A DNA stretch of 64,000 nucleotides from Candidatus Kerfeldbacteria bacterium (GTDB lineage Bacteria; Patescibacteriota; Patescibacteriia; SBBC01): assembly GCA_016207275.1 (NCBI GenBank), contig JACQPY010000018.1, positions 23,960 through 87,959 of the forward strand, read 5' to 3'. This document shows positions 21,722 to 31,349 of this stretch, piece after piece. The notes beneath the pieces were generated by a model, which saw nothing but the letters and a program-made list of their open reading frames with translations, did no database searches and was not told the DNA's origin. Numbering within the stretch: position 1 is the stretch's first letter; each line of letters begins with the position of its first letter. The position numbers and the translations under genes are program-made.

Positions 21722-22062
21722 TGGCGCACGCGTACCGCCAGGTCATCATCAGTGCGACGAGCAAGAAGGAAGCTGAATCGCTATCGGCGTTGTTGCTGAA
21801 AAAACGACTCATCGCTGGATCACTCATCATTCACGGACCATCACAGTATTGGTGGCAGCGGAAAATAGTTAAGAAAACTTACTACAATATCCAAGCGTTC
21901 ACTGTCTCCTCAAAGAAAAAGACGATTATCGCACAAGTCAAGCGCTACCACTCCGACAGGGCACCAATCATCGCGTTTGTTCAAATCGACGGAAATACGG
22001 AATTCAAGAAATGGATCGACGAATCCGTGCATAGTCAAACGTCAAATGTCATCCTTCGATAA
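21721..22062 (+). CDS. cutA: CutA1 divalent-cation tolerance protein
   Basis: MAHAYRQVIISATSKKEAESLSALLLKKRLIAGSL...YWWQRKI. The ATG overlaps the DHS stop (ATGA). The longer ORF-track start is rejected. Confidence 0.7.
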   Translation: MAHAYRQVIISATSKKEAESLSALLLKKRLIAGSLIIHGPSQYWWQRKIVKKTYYNIQAFTVSSKKKTIIAQVKRYHSDRAPIIAFVQIDGNTEFKKWIDESVHSQTSNVILR

Positions 22063-22150
22063 TACTCAGGATGACTCCGTACTTCACAGGGAAACAAGAA
22101 ATATGTCCATCAGACAGCGTCTCGGGATGACCCTGAGCGAAGTCGAAGGG
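22028..22150. repeat. Family-3 composite element (GTCAAACGTCAAATGTCA + catcc-hairpin + gaccc-hairpin) spanning the cutA 3' end and the agmatinase 5' end
   Basis: catccttcgataatactcaggatg and cgggATGACCCTGAGCGAAGTCGAAGGGTCAaaagttaaacg. A second copy is at 55375-55600. Confidence 0.55.
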
Positions 22151-23071
22151 TCAAAAGTTAAACGTAGTATTCTCCACGACACCGGCTCCCGCGGCTTCCT
22201 CAACCTGCCTAACCACCGCGACTTCAAGCGCTCGAAAGTCGTAGTCGTGCCGTTCGGTTTGGAAAAATCCGTCACCTTCGGCCATGGAACCTCAAAAGGT
22301 CCGGCCGCCATCATTGCGGCCAGTCACGAAGTCGAACTCTACGACGAACAGTTCAAAAACGAACCGTACAAACGTTACGGCATTGCCACCCTTAAACCAT
22401 TCCCCATACCCCACTCCCATCGTCGTGCACTAGAACTTCTCACCGATCTAACAGCCCGGTTGCTTCGACGTAAAAAATTCCCCATCATCCTCGGCGGCGA
22501 ACACTCGCTGACTGGCGGTTCAGTCGCTGGTATGGCCAAGGTTTTTGGCCGACGCGGTTTTAATATTCTCCACTTTGACGCACACACTGACCTACGACCG
22601 TCGTTTCAAGGCAACAAGCTAAGCCACGCCTCAGCCCTGCACCTGGCTATCCCCTACTTCCACCGTTTGGTTCAAATCGGCATCCGCAATACCTCCACCG
22701 AGGAACAGCCGATCATTCGCCGCTTGACCAAAGCCCGCCGTTTACAAATTTTCACCGCTGAGGACATTCTGCGTGCTAACAACACCGCCTACTTAACCAA
22801 AGCTATGGACTTTCTGCGAGACCGGCCAGTCTGGTTAACCTTTGACGTTGATGTCTTTGATCCGGCCATCATCGGTTCGAGCACTGGCACGCCCGAACCC
22901 GGCGGTTTATGGTGGTACGGCGTGCTTGACGCCCTCCAGGCAGCCACCAAACAACTCGACATTATCGGCGCCGAATTCGTCGAACTTTTGCCAAAACCGG
23001 GCCAGCAAGCGCCGGATTTTATCGTGGCCAAGCTCATCTACCAATTCCTGAATTTCAGGTTCGCGGCTTGA
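22103..23071 (+). CDS. speB: Agmatinase / arginase-family ureohydrolase (start uncertain: 22046, 22103 or 22127)
   Basis: GGEHSLT, HFDAHTDL and DVDVFDPA..TGTPEPGG are the Mn-binding motifs. The N-terminal ~15 codons are encoded by the family-3 repeat. Confidence 0.8.
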   Translation: MSIRQRLGMTLSEVEGSKVKRSILHDTGSRGFLNLPNHRDFKRSKVVVVPFGLEKSVTFGHGTSKGPAAIIAASHEVELYDEQFKNEPYKRYGIATLKPFPIPHSHRRALELLTDLTARLLRRKKFPIILGGEHSLTGGSVAGMAKVFGRRGFNILHFDAHTDLRPSFQGNKLSHASALHLAIPYFHRLVQIGIRNTSTEEQPIIRRLTKARRLQIFTAEDILRANNTAYLTKAMDFLRDRPVWLTFDVDVFDPAIIGSSTGTPEPGGLWWYGVLDALQAATKQLDIIGAEFVELLPKPGQQAPDFIVAKLIYQFLNFRFAA

Positions 23072-23664
23072 TGCGGAAACCGGTTGACGATTTACGAAAG
23101 GACATCGTTTTCTCCGCGCACTTACGCCAACACGAATTCGCGTTCCATTCGACCTGGGGACTCTTCAGTCCGGAGGCGATTGATCCAGGATCTAAACTCC
23201 TGATTGATCACCTCGATGTGCGCCCCAACGATACCGCAATTGATCTCGGATGCGGATACGGGGCAATCGGCATCGCCGTGGCGCGTGAAGCGTCGGCGGG
23301 ATACGTTCACCTTGTTGATAAAGACTTCATCGCGGTTGAATACGCCAAAAAGAACATTGCCGTAAACGGCATCGCCAACGCCACCGCCTACCTAAGCAAT
23401 GGATTCAACGCCATTCCCAAGGATCAGCGGTTCGATCTCATTCTTTCAAATCTTCCAGCCAAGGTCGGTCGAGAACTCTACGATATATTCTTCCTTGATG
23501 CCAAAAACTTCCTCAAACCTGGCGGCCGGATCTACGTCGTCACCATTGCCGGCCTCAAGGAATTCATCAAGAAAAACTTCCACGAAATATTCGGGAATTA
23601 CGACAAAGTAAAACAAAATGGCACGCACGTCGTCGCCCGAGCAGTGAAGCGCTCCCCGAGCTGA
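23068..23664 (+). CDS. Class I SAM-dependent methyltransferase (RsmC/RlmG-like small MTase domain)
   Basis: DLGCGYGAIG is SAM motif I, and NLPAKVG is an NPP-like motif. Confidence 0.65.
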   Translation: MMRKPVDDLRKDIVFSAHLRQHEFAFHSTWGLFSPEAIDPGSKLLIDHLDVRPNDTAIDLGCGYGAIGIAVAREASAGYVHLVDKDFIAVEYAKKNIAVNGIANATAYLSNGFNAIPKDQRFDLILSNLPAKVGRELYDIFFLDAKNFLKPGGRIYVVTIAGLKEFIKKNFHEIFGNYDKVKQNGTHVVARAVKRSPS

Positions 23665-23696
23665 CGCTCGGGGTATCAGTCCTTTCGGGCTTTCGG

Positions 23697-23750
23697 AGCG
23701 CGGAACCCCGCACCCGTCCCGCCAGCGGGCGGGACTGGTGCGTGGGTCAA
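23697..23750. repeat. Family-2 element copy B
   Basis: AACCCCGCACC-cgtcccgcc-agcg-ggcgggac-TGGTGCGTGGGTCA. It marks the left edge of an AT-rich islet. Confidence 0.6.
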
Positions 23751-24263
23751 ACGATCATAATCAGCGTTTGGCCTGTCTCGTCAGGAAACGCAGCTGGCGG
23801 GCCAAGTTCATCTATAAGTTTTTTTGAATTTTTGATTCGGTCGCTGACAGAAATATGTTATTCGCACGGACGGGCTGACCTCCAGTTTTCAGTCATAAAA
23901 TTCCTTAAAATATCAAACTCGCTGCAGGTGAGTCCGGCGTCCTTCCCCCAACCTACTCTGCTACCACCTCCGCCCTCTCCATCAACCACGCCAAAGTCAT
24001 AATTTTTGAGCAATCACCTAAATGTAGCTCTACTTACTAAGTCGAATATTTCTGCATTGTTTCTAAAGGCCTCTAGCAGTTTAAGGTTGATTGTCCCTTC
24101 GGGATAATTAGTTTTTTCTTGAATCATTATCAGCTCAACCGTGGCCATAAGAAAGTCGCTGGAATATTCTCCATATTTATTCAAGTCTTCATACTCTTTT
24201 AGGTTGACTTTGGTGAAGAACTGGAATTCAGGCGGATATTTTTTCGAGGGTTGAATTTTCTGG

Positions 24264-24452
24264 TCAAGTTATTTCCTCGGTCAAATCTTCTGATAGGTCT
24301 TCCAATAACCACTTACGTCCACATTGACAACTTCGCATATAAGAATTTTGGTATTGCCCGCCAATTAACTTCAATACTACTTCTCTTCCGCATCCGCAGG
24401 TTATTGACTTGATTTGATTGTATGAATCACGCATTCGATCAACACTTTTCAA
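24264..24452 (-). CDS. Small zinc-ribbon protein (possibly the 5' part of a frameshifted gene continuing to ~24010)
   Basis: CGCG...CQCG gives two CxxC pairs. It lies in the AT-rich islet, and an ATG-less ORF follows in another frame. Confidence 0.3.
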   Translation of the reverse strand: MKSVDRMRDSYNQIKSITCGCGREVVLKLIGGQYQNSYMRSCQCGRKWLLEDLSEDLTEEIT

Positions 24453-24456
24453 TTAA

Positions 24457-25203
24457 TTATAACCGGCTACCATAATTGATATTGTTTTCCAGGCTCACAA
24501 TTTCGAAACTTTTAGCGTGCCATTCGGACAATCGCTCGTAGTCTATGAACTTTATTCTTGACTTGATTGGTACGAAAGCATTGAGTAATACTTTGGCCTC
24601 GAACTCTGACTTTCGAGCGCCGTTTGCAACAATGTAAAAATTCGTATTAAAATCTTGAAGTTCGATGAACTTCAACAGTGAGTTTTTAATATCAGTAGAA
24701 TGCTCAACCTCGAAGAAATACGCTGGCATTTTTCGCACATTAAACCAGCTGACGTCAACTGTTCGCGCCTTACGGATAATATGATCATAGCCGAATCGGT
24801 AAAAATCCCGTATGGTGGCAATCTCGCCAAGTTTCCTGTTTATAAATTTTCTATTTTTATCTTGACTCGGAACGAAAGTATAATATTTTTTCAAGTTGCC
24901 GATTTCAACCAATAAACCTTGGTAGTAGCTATGGTTAAATAACTCATGTTCTTTTTGAGAGACAAGTTCGGTTGGTAGTATCTCAAGTGGTATCCTCGTC
25001 CGATATGACCGCAGCGCCCAAAGACCGGGTTTAATTTTAAAGAAAAACCTCTTATCCTGGACGATGCGACGGATACTCGCGAAAGGAGTTTTTGTTTTCC
25101 ACTCAACGCCAGAAACTTTCAAAACTTCCTGATTGAGGTGGCCGAGTGTCGCGAACCCGCCGCTCCGTTCCATTACCTTAATTACTGCTTCGTGTTGTTT
25201 CAT
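24457..25203 (-). CDS. Hypothetical protein, possibly a restriction-endonuclease-like partner of the adjacent methyltransferase remnant
   Basis: 248 aa and AT-rich. Only the location beside the MTase fragment suggests the role. A possible D..EVEH acidic cluster is present but no family was recognised. Confidence 0.35.
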   Translation of the reverse strand: MKQHEAVIKVMERSGGFATLGHLNQEVLKVSGVEWKTKTPFASIRRIVQDKRFFFKIKPGLWALRSYRTRIPLEILPTELVSQKEHELFNHSYYQGLLVEIGNLKKYYTFVPSQDKNRKFINRKLGEIATIRDFYRFGYDHIIRKARTVDVSWFNVRKMPAYFFEVEHSTDIKNSLLKFIELQDFNTNFYIVANGARKSEFEAKVLLNAFVPIKSRIKFIDYERLSEWHAKSFEIVSLENNINYGSRL

Positions 25204-25246
25204 ATTTGAAAATTGACAATAACATCAACACCCTTACTCTTTTGTC

Positions 25247-25435
25247 TCATTCGCTCTTATTGACGCTTACCTGCCGACCGGCATGAACAGTAAACCCGCC
25301 GTTTGAAAGATGGTACGGCGGGTCAGCAAAAATCATGTCCACCGAGTTCTCTTTGAGAAGCGGAAGTATCTTTAAACAACCACCACGATACAAAGTAAAC
25401 CGCTTGTCCTCATCTTGATAGCTGGGTCTTATCAT
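25247..25435 (-). pseudogene. N-terminal fragment of a DNA (N6-adenine/N4-cytosine) methyltransferase
   Basis: SVDMIFADPPY is the catalytic motif IV (DPPY), found in a 62-codon ORF that then terminates. Confidence 0.6.
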
Positions 25436-25520
25436 TTTGCGCTTGTATGACTCCCTGTTGATATCTTACCCGAAGAAAAACCGAATGTCAATTTATGCGA
25501 AATTGTGAAGCTCCATGTCC

Positions 25521-25608
25521 CCACGGCCGTGGTTTCTCTCGATACGTGGTTCCGTGGAGCGAAACCCCGCATCCGCCCCGAGCAATGTCGAGGGGCTGGT
25601 GCGTGGGT
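25521..25608. repeat. Family-2 element copy C (with the conserved upstream hairpin block)
   Basis: ccacggccgtgg...ggttccgtggagcgaaACCCCGCATC-cgccccgag..tcgaggggc-TGGTGCGTGGGTAA. It marks the right edge of the AT-rich islet. Confidence 0.6.
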
Positions 25609-25684
25609 AAGGATTTACTACTCTATGGTACGAGTTTTCCACACCAAAATCAAGAAAAAATCGCGGAAAGCTACAGACTAGCCA

Positions 25685-27172
25685 TTAACGCTTTGTAACC
25701 TTCACGAGCGTACGAATTTTGTTCGCCAATTCTTTCGTCAACAGCTTTTCACTGAACCGCCATTGCCAGTTGCCTGTTCTCGTCCCCGGCGTATTCATCC
25801 GCGCCTCGCTGCCGAGATTCAGCACGTCCTGAAGCGGCACGATGACCGTGTTGGCGCGACTGCGGTAGGCCGCGCGAATCATCCGCCAGGCAATGCTTGG
25901 TTCAGTCGCGTGAAAGAATTTCAATATGTTCTTGCGTTCGTGCCGCTGCGCGTCTTCGCCAAACCAGCCGCGGGTCGTGTTGTTGTCGTGCGTGCCGGTG
26001 TAGAGAACGGGGCGGCGACTGATGTTCCCGAGGGCGTGGATACTGCCCAGGTCGTCGAATCCGAACTGCAACACGCGCACGCCTGGGTATCCAAGCTGGT
26101 TGCGCAGCGCCACCACGTCATCAGTAATCACGCCAAGATCTTCGGCGATTAAGCGAGCGTGGGGCAGGGCGTGTCGAACGGCGCGAAAGAGTTCACGACC
26201 GGGAACCGGATACCAAGCCCCGTGACGGGCCGTCGGACTCTTCGCTCTGATGCCCCAGCCGGCCACGTATCCTCGGAAGTGATCAAGTCGGACGATGTCG
26301 TAGAGCTCAAACGAGCTTCTGAACCGGGCAATCCACCAGCGAAATCGTTCTTGCCGCAGGTGCTCCCAATCGTAGAGTGGATCGCCCCAGACCTGTCCGC
26401 GCCGGCTGAAGTAATCGGGCGGCACGCCGGCCACGAGCCGCGGCCGGCCGAGGTGATCGAGCATGAAGTTCTTCGGATCAGCCCAGGTATCGGCGCTGTC
26501 GCGCGTCACAAACAGCGGCAGGTCGCCGATTACCGAAATCCCGCGGGCGTTGGCGTACCGTTTGAGTGCTGACCACTGCCGTCGGAACAGCCACTGCCGC
26601 CACGCCTGAAAACGGATTTCTGCGCCCAGCCGTCTGCTCCAGGTGCGAACTGCTGCCGGCGTGCGTTTGCGAATCGGACCCGGCCAGCGGGTCCAGGGGA
26701 CGGTCAGACTAAAATGTTCTTTCAGGGCCGCAAAGAGCGCGTAGTCCTGAAGCCACGACCGCTGACTAATGACAAACGACTGAAATTGTCGTTGCTGGTA
26801 CGGCTGAGCGGCCACCGTAAAAACGTGGAATGCTTCTTCCAGCAGCCGCCGCTTTCGGTACTCAACCGAACGATAGTGAACTGGCTCGGCCGGGTCGGTC
26901 CATCCCTGGAGATGCGGTGGCAGGAGTCCGTCCTCGACTAAACGGGCAAGGCTGATCATCAACCAGTTACCGGCAAAGGCTGACGATGAAGCGTAGGGTG
27001 AACCAAGCTCGTCAGGAATAGTCAGCGGGAGGACTTGCCACACCCGCATGCCCGCCGATTTCAGGAAGTCAACAAACCGGTAGGCCGACGGGCCCAGGTC
27101 GCCAATACCAAAGGCGCTGGGCAGGCTGGTTGGGTGCAGCAGGACGCCAGCCCGCCGGGCAAAGAGGCTCAT
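25685..27172 (-). CDS. malQ: 4-alpha-glucanotransferase (amylomaltase, GH77)
   Basis: 495 aa. The N-terminus GVLLHPTSLP..GIGDLG and the GH77 fold pattern are present. Confidence 0.9.
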   Translation of the reverse strand: MSLFARRAGVLLHPTSLPSAFGIGDLGPSAYRFVDFLKSAGMRVWQVLPLTIPDELGSPYASSSAFAGNWLMISLARLVEDGLLPPHLQGWTDPAEPVHYRSVEYRKRRLLEEAFHVFTVAAQPYQQRQFQSFVISQRSWLQDYALFAALKEHFSLTVPWTRWPGPIRKRTPAAVRTWSRRLGAEIRFQAWRQWLFRRQWSALKRYANARGISVIGDLPLFVTRDSADTWADPKNFMLDHLGRPRLVAGVPPDYFSRRGQVWGDPLYDWEHLRQERFRWWIARFRSSFELYDIVRLDHFRGYVAGWGIRAKSPTARHGAWYPVPGRELFRAVRHALPHARLIAEDLGVITDDVVALRNQLGYPGVRVLQFGFDDLGSIHALGNISRRPVLYTGTHDNNTTRGWFGEDAQRHERKNILKFFHATEPSIAWRMIRAAYRSRANTVIVPLQDVLNLGSEARMNTPGTRTGNWQWRFSEKLLTKELANKIRTLVKVTKR

Positions 27173-27181
27173 GCCGATATG

Positions 27182-29206
27182 TTACTTCAGGCGGACGGCG
27201 CGAATCAAATCGTTGATCTGATCGGCGACCAGCAGGTAGGTCGAGGTCAGCATCACCATGCCGCGGGGGTTATGGAACGTCGCCACGGTCGCCGCGCCAT
27301 CGGTACTGCCGCGTGAACCCGTCCCCGCCACCAAACTGATAGTCTGCCGGGCGAGGTCGATCCGCCGAATGCGCTGACCACCGATCTCGCTGACGAATAA
27401 GGTATTTTTCGTTCCCAGGGCTAACGAATCGGGCAGGCTCAGCCGCGCCGCAGGCAGTGACCCATTGCGATACCCGGCTTTTCCGGTTCCAACCAGCGTC
27501 GTCACCAACTTCGTCTTCAGATGAACGACGCGAATGGCGTGGTTGTCCTGGTCGACCACGTAGAGCTTCTTTCCATCAGGACTGAGCTGGAGCGCCACCG
27601 GCGTGTTGAACTGCGCGGCCGAGCCAACGCCGTTCTTGAAGCCGACCGTCCCGCCGGCGATGAGACGCGTCCGGCCGGTCCGCAGGTCGTAGGACCGAAT
27701 GCGGTGATTCTCCGTATCGGCTACGTAGATAAGGTTGCCGCCACGGGAAATGGCAATACCCATCGGCCGGTTGAAGTAGGCGCAGCCGGCCACGGCCCGA
27801 TTCATTTCCAACGGACAGCCACGTCCTTCAGCGTAGCCATTGTTATCACCGGCAAACTGGTTGACCGCCCCGGCACCGGCCAGGGTCGTCATTCGCTGGT
27901 CGGCCACGGCCAGCACGCGAATGCGGTTGTTGTTGCGGTCGGCGAAATAGAGCTTGGTGCCGTCCGGCGAACTGACCATCTGCGTGGCGCCGCTCAGTCG
28001 CGCCTCGTCGCCGACGCCGTCGCGCCAGTTGTCATTGGCGTGTCCGGCCAGCAGGCGGAGCGTCTTGGTCTTCAGCGTAAACTCTTTTATCTTCTGATTC
28101 TCCAGCAGGTAGACTTTGGACCGGTCTTTCGATACGACCAGCGACTTCGGCCGACCAAGCACGGCTGACCGCCAAAAACCATCTTGATCGCCGTAGCGGT
28201 GCTGGCCGGCGATTCGTTCGGCGTTGGTGCCGTCGACGTTCAACCGAAAAACGCTCGATCCGGACGAGAAGAGCAGGTACATTTTGTCGTTGCAGAACAG
28301 GATGTCCGAGGCATGGTTGTACCACTCGGTTTCCGGCACATTGGCGATGCGGGTGATGATCCCGACGGCTGGATCGTACTTCCAGATCTCGTTATGTATT
28401 CCCTTTGGTCCGGCGACCACGTAGACCTGTCCGTTGTAGACGGCCACGCCTTCAGCGTTTTCCAGATCAGTCTTGATCGACACGATGGTACCGGTTGAAA
28501 TACTGACCTTCGAAAAGCTGGTGCTGTTGTGCACCACGTACAGCGTGTCGCCGGACACGGCCAGCTTCCATGGTCGGGTGATGGTGGCCACGAGCTGCGC
28601 CAAGCCGTCTGGCGTCGTGGCTTTGAGAATGCGGTTGTTGTTGGTGTCGGCAATGTAGGCGGTGGTCCCGTCGATGGTTATGCCGGCCGGCCGCTTCAGT
28701 CCGCTCAGCCAGGTGCTGATTGTGCTGTCAGTTATAATCCGAATCCGGTCGTTCTCGGTGTCGGCCACGTACAACCGACCATCAGCGCCCCGGTCAATGT
28801 CGTACGGCGCGCGAAACGTGGCGTTTAAGGCCACGCCGTCATCGTGGCGGTAGGCGCCGGTGCCGGCCAAGCGCGTGATGACATTGGTGCTGACCGTAAT
28901 CTTCCGCACCATGTTGTTCATGGTGTCGGCCAAGGTCAGGTTGCAGCTGGCATCGGCCACAAAACCATTCGGATTATCGAGAAAGGCATCCCGCGCATCA
29001 ACGCCCTCGCCAGCGAATAGCTGCCCAAACCAGGTCGTGGTCGTGCCGGTCAGGTGTTTGGCCTGGACGGTGAGGGGAGCGAAAAGACCAACCAGCAACA
29101 GCCACGTGCTGAGGCCAGCAATCAAACGCAATCGTATCATCCTCCTACGTACGCCAGTCATATTTTTGCGATTCACACTATACCACACTATGGTAGAGGG
29201 AGACAA
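27182..29206 (-). CDS. Secreted NHL-repeat beta-propeller protein (paralog 1)
   Basis: Signal/TM N-terminus and repeated YVADTENHRIR / YFADRNNNRIRV NHL motifs. It is a tandem paralog of the next gene. Confidence 0.8.
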   Translation of the reverse strand: MSPSTIVWYSVNRKNMTGVRRRMIRLRLIAGLSTWLLLVGLFAPLTVQAKHLTGTTTTWFGQLFAGEGVDARDAFLDNPNGFVADASCNLTLADTMNNMVRKITVSTNVITRLAGTGAYRHDDGVALNATFRAPYDIDRGADGRLYVADTENDRIRIITDSTISTWLSGLKRPAGITIDGTTAYIADTNNNRILKATTPDGLAQLVATITRPWKLAVSGDTLYVVHNSTSFSKVSISTGTIVSIKTDLENAEGVAVYNGQVYVVAGPKGIHNEIWKYDPAVGIITRIANVPETEWYNHASDILFCNDKMYLLFSSGSSVFRLNVDGTNAERIAGQHRYGDQDGFWRSAVLGRPKSLVVSKDRSKVYLLENQKIKEFTLKTKTLRLLAGHANDNWRDGVGDEARLSGATQMVSSPDGTKLYFADRNNNRIRVLAVADQRMTTLAGAGAVNQFAGDNNGYAEGRGCPLEMNRAVAGCAYFNRPMGIAISRGGNLIYVADTENHRIRSYDLRTGRTRLIAGGTVGFKNGVGSAAQFNTPVALQLSPDGKKLYVVDQDNHAIRVVHLKTKLVTTLVGTGKAGYRNGSLPAARLSLPDSLALGTKNTLFVSEIGGQRIRRIDLARQTISLVAGTGSRGSTDGAATVATFHNPRGMVMLTSTYLLVADQINDLIRAVRLK

Positions 29207-29262
29207 TCATAAAGGCGGGATCGTTATCCCGCCCTTGCTATAACGTCAGGCTGGGTATTTTG

Positions 29263-31269
29263 TTACTTTGGGAGCTTGATCAGCCGAATGAGGTCGTTGA
29301 CGACGTCAGCCACCAAGAGTGTCTTGGCGGACAGCAAGACCATGCCCTTCGGGTTGTTAAACGTCGCTTTATCAGCCCGGCCGTTAGCGCTCCCGCGTTG
29401 ACCAGAGCCGGCCACCAGCGAAATCTCTTTTTTCTTGAGGTCAAGTTGCCGAATCCGCTGCGAGCCGACTTCGGAAAGTAAAATGGTATTGCTATTTGGC
29501 CCGAACGCGAGCGAGTCGGGGAAGGAGAGGCGAGCTTTCTTAAACGTTCCCTCTCGATATCCAGCCTTACCAGTGCCGACCAGCTTAGTGACGCGCTTGG
29601 TGGCCAGATCAATCTTGCGAATGGCCTGGTTGCCGGAATCGATGACGTACAGCGTTTTCCCGTCCTGGCTTAGCAGGATGCTGGTCGGACCCTTGAACCG
29701 GGCGGCCGAGCCGACGCCGTTCTTAAATCCCTTCTCGCCGCCAGCCAGCAGGGCGGTGGCGCCAGTCGCTACGTTGACCGTTCGGATACGCTGGTTGTCG
29801 CCGTCGCTGACGTAGAGCGTCTTGCCGTCGCCTGAGATGGCAATGCCGTGCGGCCGGTCGAAGTACGCACATCCAGTAACGCCTTTGTCGGTCGTTGAGC
29901 AGGCCGCTCCCTCGGCGTAGCCGTTGCGTTCACCGGCAAACTGGTTGATCGCCCCGGCGCCGGTTAGCGTTTCCAGACGGGCTTCGTCGATGATCAGCGA
30001 ACGAATACGGTTGTTATTTTTATCGGCAAACCAGATCCGTTTCCCGTCGGGCGACAGGACCGCCTGATTCGGTCCGCTGGTCCGCGCCTGATTGCCGACG
30101 TTATCCCGCCAGTTGTCCATCGGGCTGCCGGCGATGAAGGACAACTTCTGGGTGGCAAAATCAAATACCTTGAAGCGATGGTTTTCGACGATGTAGAGCT
30201 TATCTTTATTCTTGGACAAGATCAGCACCTTCGGCCGACCGAGCACCAAGTCGCTGACCCCGCCGTCGGTATCGCCGTACCGGTGAATGCCGGCGATCTT
30301 TACGGGATTCGTCCCATCGGGCTCGAGCCGGAAGATGCTCGATCCCGAAGAGAACAGGAGGTACATCTTGTCTTTGCAGAAGAGGATGTCCGAGGCATGG
30401 TTGTACCATTCAGTCTCGACGACGCGGATAAGCATGACGATCTCGCCGGTCGCCGGATCGTAACGCCAGATTTCGTTGTACATGCCGCGATCGCTCGCAA
30501 CGAAGTAGATCTTATCGTTGTACGCAGCAACGCCCTCGAGGTCGGTGAGTCCGTCCTTGATCGTTGTCGTCTCGCCGGTTGACGGATTGACTTTTGCTAA
30601 TGCCGTGTTGTCGAGGTATGTTACGTACAGCGTCGAACTCGAAGCACCAGTGGGCATGACCGAAATCATCCCGTTTGGATGTACAAGGTTCGTCACTACC
30701 GTCGGACTGCCGTTCGGAGCGGTTGCTTTGACAATACGGTTATTCCCGGTGTCGCTGACGTAGAGCGTCGAACCGTCAATGGCGCTTCCCTTCGGTCGCT
30801 TGAGGTTTTTGAGCCACGTGGAGACGACACCGTCTCGAAGGATTCGCACGGCCCCGTTCTCCGTGTCGGTGATAAAGACTTCCCCGCTCGGTCCAAGCTC
30901 GACGTCGCTCGGCCAGCGGAACGAGGATGAGGCTGCCGCGCCGTCTTTCAACAGGAAGTGGCCGTTCCCGGCGATGGTCGACATGACGTTCGTGGTCCCG
31001 TCGACGCGGCGGATGACGTTGTTGAGCGTATCGGCGATGGTGAAGGTACAATTCGCATCAGCGACAAAGCCCTCAGGATTGTCGAGGTAAGCGCTGTTTG
31101 CCTCCACCCCATCACCGGCGTAGAGCCGGCCAAGGAAAGTACTGACCGTGCCGTACTTCTTCTTGGCCTTTTTAGTCGCGGCCTCGGCCGACGCCGGTAC
31201 CACAAGCAGCCCCACGGTCATCAAGGCGAGCAGTGGAACGGCAATGAAGCGGAGTGTGCGTGTTTTCAT
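29263..31269 (-). CDS. Secreted NHL-repeat beta-propeller protein (paralog 2)
   Basis: Shares long identical blocks (ETEWYNHASDILFC.DKMYLLFSSGSS.FRL) with paralog 1. Confidence 0.8.
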   Translation of the reverse strand: MKTRTLRFIAVPLLALMTVGLLVVPASAEAATKKAKKKYGTVSTFLGRLYAGDGVEANSAYLDNPEGFVADANCTFTIADTLNNVIRRVDGTTNVMSTIAGNGHFLLKDGAAASSSFRWPSDVELGPSGEVFITDTENGAVRILRDGVVSTWLKNLKRPKGSAIDGSTLYVSDTGNNRIVKATAPNGSPTVVTNLVHPNGMISVMPTGASSSTLYVTYLDNTALAKVNPSTGETTTIKDGLTDLEGVAAYNDKIYFVASDRGMYNEIWRYDPATGEIVMLIRVVETEWYNHASDILFCKDKMYLLFSSGSSIFRLEPDGTNPVKIAGIHRYGDTDGGVSDLVLGRPKVLILSKNKDKLYIVENHRFKVFDFATQKLSFIAGSPMDNWRDNVGNQARTSGPNQAVLSPDGKRIWFADKNNNRIRSLIIDEARLETLTGAGAINQFAGERNGYAEGAACSTTDKGVTGCAYFDRPHGIAISGDGKTLYVSDGDNQRIRTVNVATGATALLAGGEKGFKNGVGSAARFKGPTSILLSQDGKTLYVIDSGNQAIRKIDLATKRVTKLVGTGKAGYREGTFKKARLSFPDSLAFGPNSNTILLSEVGSQRIRQLDLKKKEISLVAGSGQRGSANGRADKATFNNPKGMVLLSAKTLLVADVVNDLIRLIKLPK

Positions 31270-31349
31270 TTAATCCTCCGGTTACGTGTGTTTTAGTTTT
31301 TATAGTGTAGCACAGCTAAGCTATTTCCGCAACCCCACACAATCGACCT

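Noticed and set aside
23742-24002. ORF 23742..24002 (+) encoding a Pro/Ser-rich 86-aa peptide
   Set aside because: It begins inside family-2 element B, in AT-rich islet DNA with low-complexity translation. No support for it.
28032-31296. Numerous ORFs antisense or out of frame within the two NHL-repeat genes
   Set aside because: They are embedded in long genes with strong repeated NHL motifs, and are shadow ORFs.
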